DNA of 19,266 nt from a virus. Lineage: Duplodnaviria > Heunggongvirae > Uroviricota > Caudoviricetes. Positions 17,242 through 19,266 of the stretch are shown here, piece by piece. The stretch lies in the IMG/VR virus record IMGVR_UViG_2778261453_000019. One strand, 5' to 3'. The notes below the pieces were generated by a model. The model did no database searches, was not told the origin of the DNA, and saw only the letters and a list, made by a program, of their open reading frames with translations. Made by a program: the position numbers and the translations under genes. Every line of letters begins with the position of its first letter. The first letter of the stretch is position 1.

Positions 17242-17630
17242 GCCGGATAGGCTCCGTGTGGTAACTGAAAATGTGGTCCGTCTTTCAGGGTCTTCCAGTC
17301 GCCGCCCCATTCCACCGGAATATTCAGTTCCCGGCTGGCCTGTCTGAATGCTGCTGCGATTTTTTCGTACAGCGGCCATTCCCATGACACCTGGCTGCCG
17401 ATATAAGCCACAACATCCACGGCATGTCCCGTAAGGTGGCGGCTGTTCATGGTCTGGCTCTTACCTGTGGCCACAAGTTGCTTCTGGCGGTAACGGCTGC
17501 GCAACCCTTCGGTGATACCAAAATCCACTTCCGAAATTTCCAGTGCCCGTCGGGTCACTTTCACCAGATCAGGATTTACGCCCTGCAAATTCTTTTCGCT
17601 CCGGCTGCTGAATTTAAATGTGTTGCTCAT
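17238..17630 (-). CDS. Endolysin, peptidase M15-type (L-alanyl-D-glutamate / D-Ala-D-Ala peptidase family)
   Basis: 130 aa with SRHLTGHAVDV metal-binding-type motif; follows holin with ATGA overlap. Confidence 0.75.
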   Translation of the reverse strand: MSNTFKFSSRSEKNLQGVNPDLVKVTRRALEISEVDFGITEGLRSRYRQKQLVATGKSQTMNSRHLTGHAVDVVAYIGSQVSWEWPLYEKIAAAFRQASRELNIPVEWGGDWKTLKDGPHFQLPHGAYPA

Positions 17631-17950
17631 TCGTCCTTCTCCTTCACCCTGCGATTAAAGGCCGCAATAACCTTGTCGCGTGCTTTCTCTGCACCCATAA
17701 AACCGATTGATGCGCCGATAAACGTCACGGCATCTTCAGGAAACCCGAAGAAGCGCAACGACCCGGCCACGGCCATGGCAAGAACGCCGCACGCCAGCGA
17801 TCCCGTTACGGTCTGAACCAGTGTTCGTCCGTCATAAAGACTCATCAGCGCGGAAATGCTGACCGCCGCGCCTACTGCATACACCGTTGGCAGGTGGTCA
17901 AAGAGCCACGCAATAACCTGCTCTGTGATCCCTGTTTGAATGGTGCTCAC
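17627..17950 (-). CDS. Holin (P2 gpY-like position), GTG start
   Basis: ~107 aa with 2-3 hydrophobic helices and charged C-terminus; GGGGGAG SD before GTG at 17950. Confidence 0.65.
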   Translation of the reverse strand: MSTIQTGITEQVIAWLFDHLPTVYAVGAAVSISALMSLYDGRTLVQTVTGSLACGVLAMAVAGSLRFFGFPEDAVTFIGASIGFMGAEKARDKVIAAFNRRVKEKDE

Positions 17951-17952
17951 TG

Positions 17953-18153
17953 CTACTCCCCCCACAACTGAATCATTTCTCGTTTCTTCTTCTCCGGCTC
18001 CGGCATCTCCACTTCCTGCCCGGCGTCCAGAAATACCTGCTGACAGAGTCCGGGGTTGGCATCCAGCACCTTTTCGGTGACGCCCTGCGTCGTGCCGTAG
18101 TACCGGAAACAGAGCGAATCCACGGTGTCGCCTTCCAGTGCCTTCACTTTCAT
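17953..18153 (-). CDS. X: Tail protein X (P2 gpX-like, LysM-like)
   Basis: 66 aa MKVKALEGDTVDSLCFRYYG...LWGE resembling recalled P2 X (MKTFALQGDTLDAICVRYYG...LWE). Confidence 0.8.
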   Translation of the reverse strand: MKVKALEGDTVDSLCFRYYGTTQGVTEKVLDANPGLCQQVFLDAGQEVEMPEPEKKKREMIQLWGE

Positions 18154-18374
18154 CAGCACAACTCCGCAAAGATTCGCGGGCGACACAGAATGTCAGAGAT
18201 GGCCCAGCTCACATCGCGCCACAAATCCGATGTCTGTATATCCAGTGCGTCCGCCCGGCGGTCGCCCTTGTCCGTTGTGTCCGCATCGCGGTAACGCTCC
18301 AGAATCAGGGCGCGTGTGGCGGTATAAAAGCGCGTGCGTAAGGTATTTGACAAAAAATCGGTAGCGGTGGCCAC
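18153..18374 (-). pseudogene. C-terminal fragment of head completion gene (P2 gpL-like); N-terminus deleted
   Basis: Open frame upstream of X with TGATG overlap as in P2 L/X; overlaps the integrase 5' end, no head genes beyond. Confidence 0.45.
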
Positions 18375-19266
18375 TGAACGCTACATCATGGCGAACGCTG
18401 AAAAGCGGGAATATATACAGGGCTACCGTGATCGTCGAACGCTAAATGATTTGCTTGAGTTGTGGTGGATGTATCACGGCCAGCACAGGCGTAAGGCGGA
18501 AGAAGACCGAAAACAACTGCGCAACATAATCAATGAGCTTGGCGCTGATATGCAGGCTGTGGATCTTGATAAGCTGAAAATTATCGCGTGGCGTTCTCAA
18601 AAGATAGCTGAAGGATTGAAACCGTCATCTGCTAACAGGTACATGAATCGGTTATCCGGAATGTTTACCGTGCTGAAAAAAATAGGTCTTTGGGATGCAG
18701 AACATCCAGTAAGGGGAATTTCTATTCTTTATGTATCTCCACGAGAAATGGCGTTCCTGTCACAGAAGGAAGTGGCGCTATTGCTCGATACACTGGAGGG
18801 CGACTACTGGCGTGTTGCGCTTTTGTGTTTAAGCACAGGGGCGCGCTGGAGTGAAGCTTGTAAGCTTCGTGGTGAACAGATAGTTCATAACCGTGTAACG
18901 TTTCTTGAAACCAAAAATGGCCGGAAGAGAACAGTGCCAATTTCGCAGGCAGTTTGTGAGGCGATCAAAACCAGAGAAACAGGCGGCTTGTTTGAGGTGA
19001 AGTACCGGGAATTCTGCCTGGCGCTGAAAAGAGTTAAGCCCGATTTACCAAAAGGCCAGGCTGCACATGTGCTGCGGCATACGTTCGCCAGCCATTTTGT
19101 GATGAACGGAGGAAACATTATTGCGCTTCAGAAGATTCTTGGTCACGCAACCATTCAGCAAACAATGGCATATGCGCATTTTGCACCGGATTACCTGCAG
19201 GATGCGGTGGCCCTTAATCCGCTGAAAGGTGGCGTAAGTGTCCACGCAGTGTCCACGGGGGATTAA
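18334..19266 (+). CDS. int: P2-type tyrosine integrase, N-terminally truncated (arm-binding region missing); catalytic domain intact
   Basis: 310 aa aligning to recalled P2 Int from RRKFDKKSEAV onward; H-x-x-R box and catalytic Tyr (MAYAHFAP) present; in-frame stop at 18325-18327 just upstream of GTG start. Confidence 0.85.
   Translation: MRKVFDKKSVAVATERYIMANAEKREYIQGYRDRRTLNDLLELWWMYHGQHRRKAEEDRKQLRNIINELGADMQAVDLDKLKIIAWRSQKIAEGLKPSSANRYMNRLSGMFTVLKKIGLWDAEHPVRGISILYVSPREMAFLSQKEVALLLDTLEGDYWRVALLCLSTGARWSEACKLRGEQIVHNRVTFLETKNGRKRTVPISQAVCEAIKTRETGGLFEVKYREFCLALKRVKPDLPKGQAAHVLRHTFASHFVMNGGNIIALQKILGHATIQQTMAYAHFAPDYLQDAVALNPLKGGVSVHAVSTGD

Larger units (their letters stand above)
2727..19266. 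mobile_element. Defective P2-like prophage remnant (ogr, tail, baseplate, tail fibre and lysis modules, truncated int; head/replication/immunity genes deleted); left boundary uncertain (may extend to ~1226)
   Basis: Gene content and synteny with P2 late region; absence of Q,P,O,N,M,C,cox,B,A; morons with deviant base composition. Confidence 0.8.

Noticed and set aside
15739-17816. Plus-strand ORFs opposite S, R, spanin and endolysin genes, plus minus-strand 16252..16542 and 17000..17194
   Set aside because: Antisense or alternative-frame shadows of the supported tail-completion and lysis genes.
18125-18364. Plus-strand ORFs of 79 and 67 aa across the X / L' region
   Set aside because: Antisense to X and the L fragment; no start context.
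1-19266. CRISPR arrays, rRNA or tRNA genes
   Set aside because: No regularly spaced direct repeats with unique spacers and no cloverleaf-compatible or rRNA-like sequence were seen; the only repeats are the ATCGATC triplet, the tail-fibre coding repeats and terminator palindromes.

Overview
The window starts with a host gene (flk, 1..996, minus strand) and is otherwise a defective, rearranged P2-like prophage plus accessory cargo. All calls rest on reading the six-frame translations and recalled family features; no database search was run. Reading left to right: (i) a small accessory block with a Mu com-like zinc-finger gene overlapping a beta-class DNA methyltransferase, preceded by three clustered GATC sites, and a 46-aa Hok/Gef-like toxin ORF with GC hairpins and a terminator; (ii) an Ogr-like late activator; (iii) an AT-rich 356-aa cargo gene inserted between ogr and tail gene D, which is my best candidate for an undescribed defence/exclusion function; (iv) gene D on the minus strand, but sheath FI, tube FII, chaperone E/E+E' (-1 frameshift at TTTTTTG), a short tape-measure T and U on the plus strand, i.e. 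an apparent ~4.4 kb inversion; (v) an AT-rich hexapeptide-repeat acetyltransferase moron with a near-consensus sigma70 promoter and a perfect terminator at the Z/fun-equivalent position; (vi) minus-strand tail fibre, baseplate, tail completion and lysis genes (G, H, I, J, W, V, S, R, spanins, M15 endolysin, holin, X); (vii) a C-terminal fragment of head-completion gene L abutting an N-terminally truncated P2-type integrase that ends at the window edge. Head, replication and immunity genes are absent, so the element is a tail-plus-lysis remnant. No CRISPR array, rRNA or tRNA was found.
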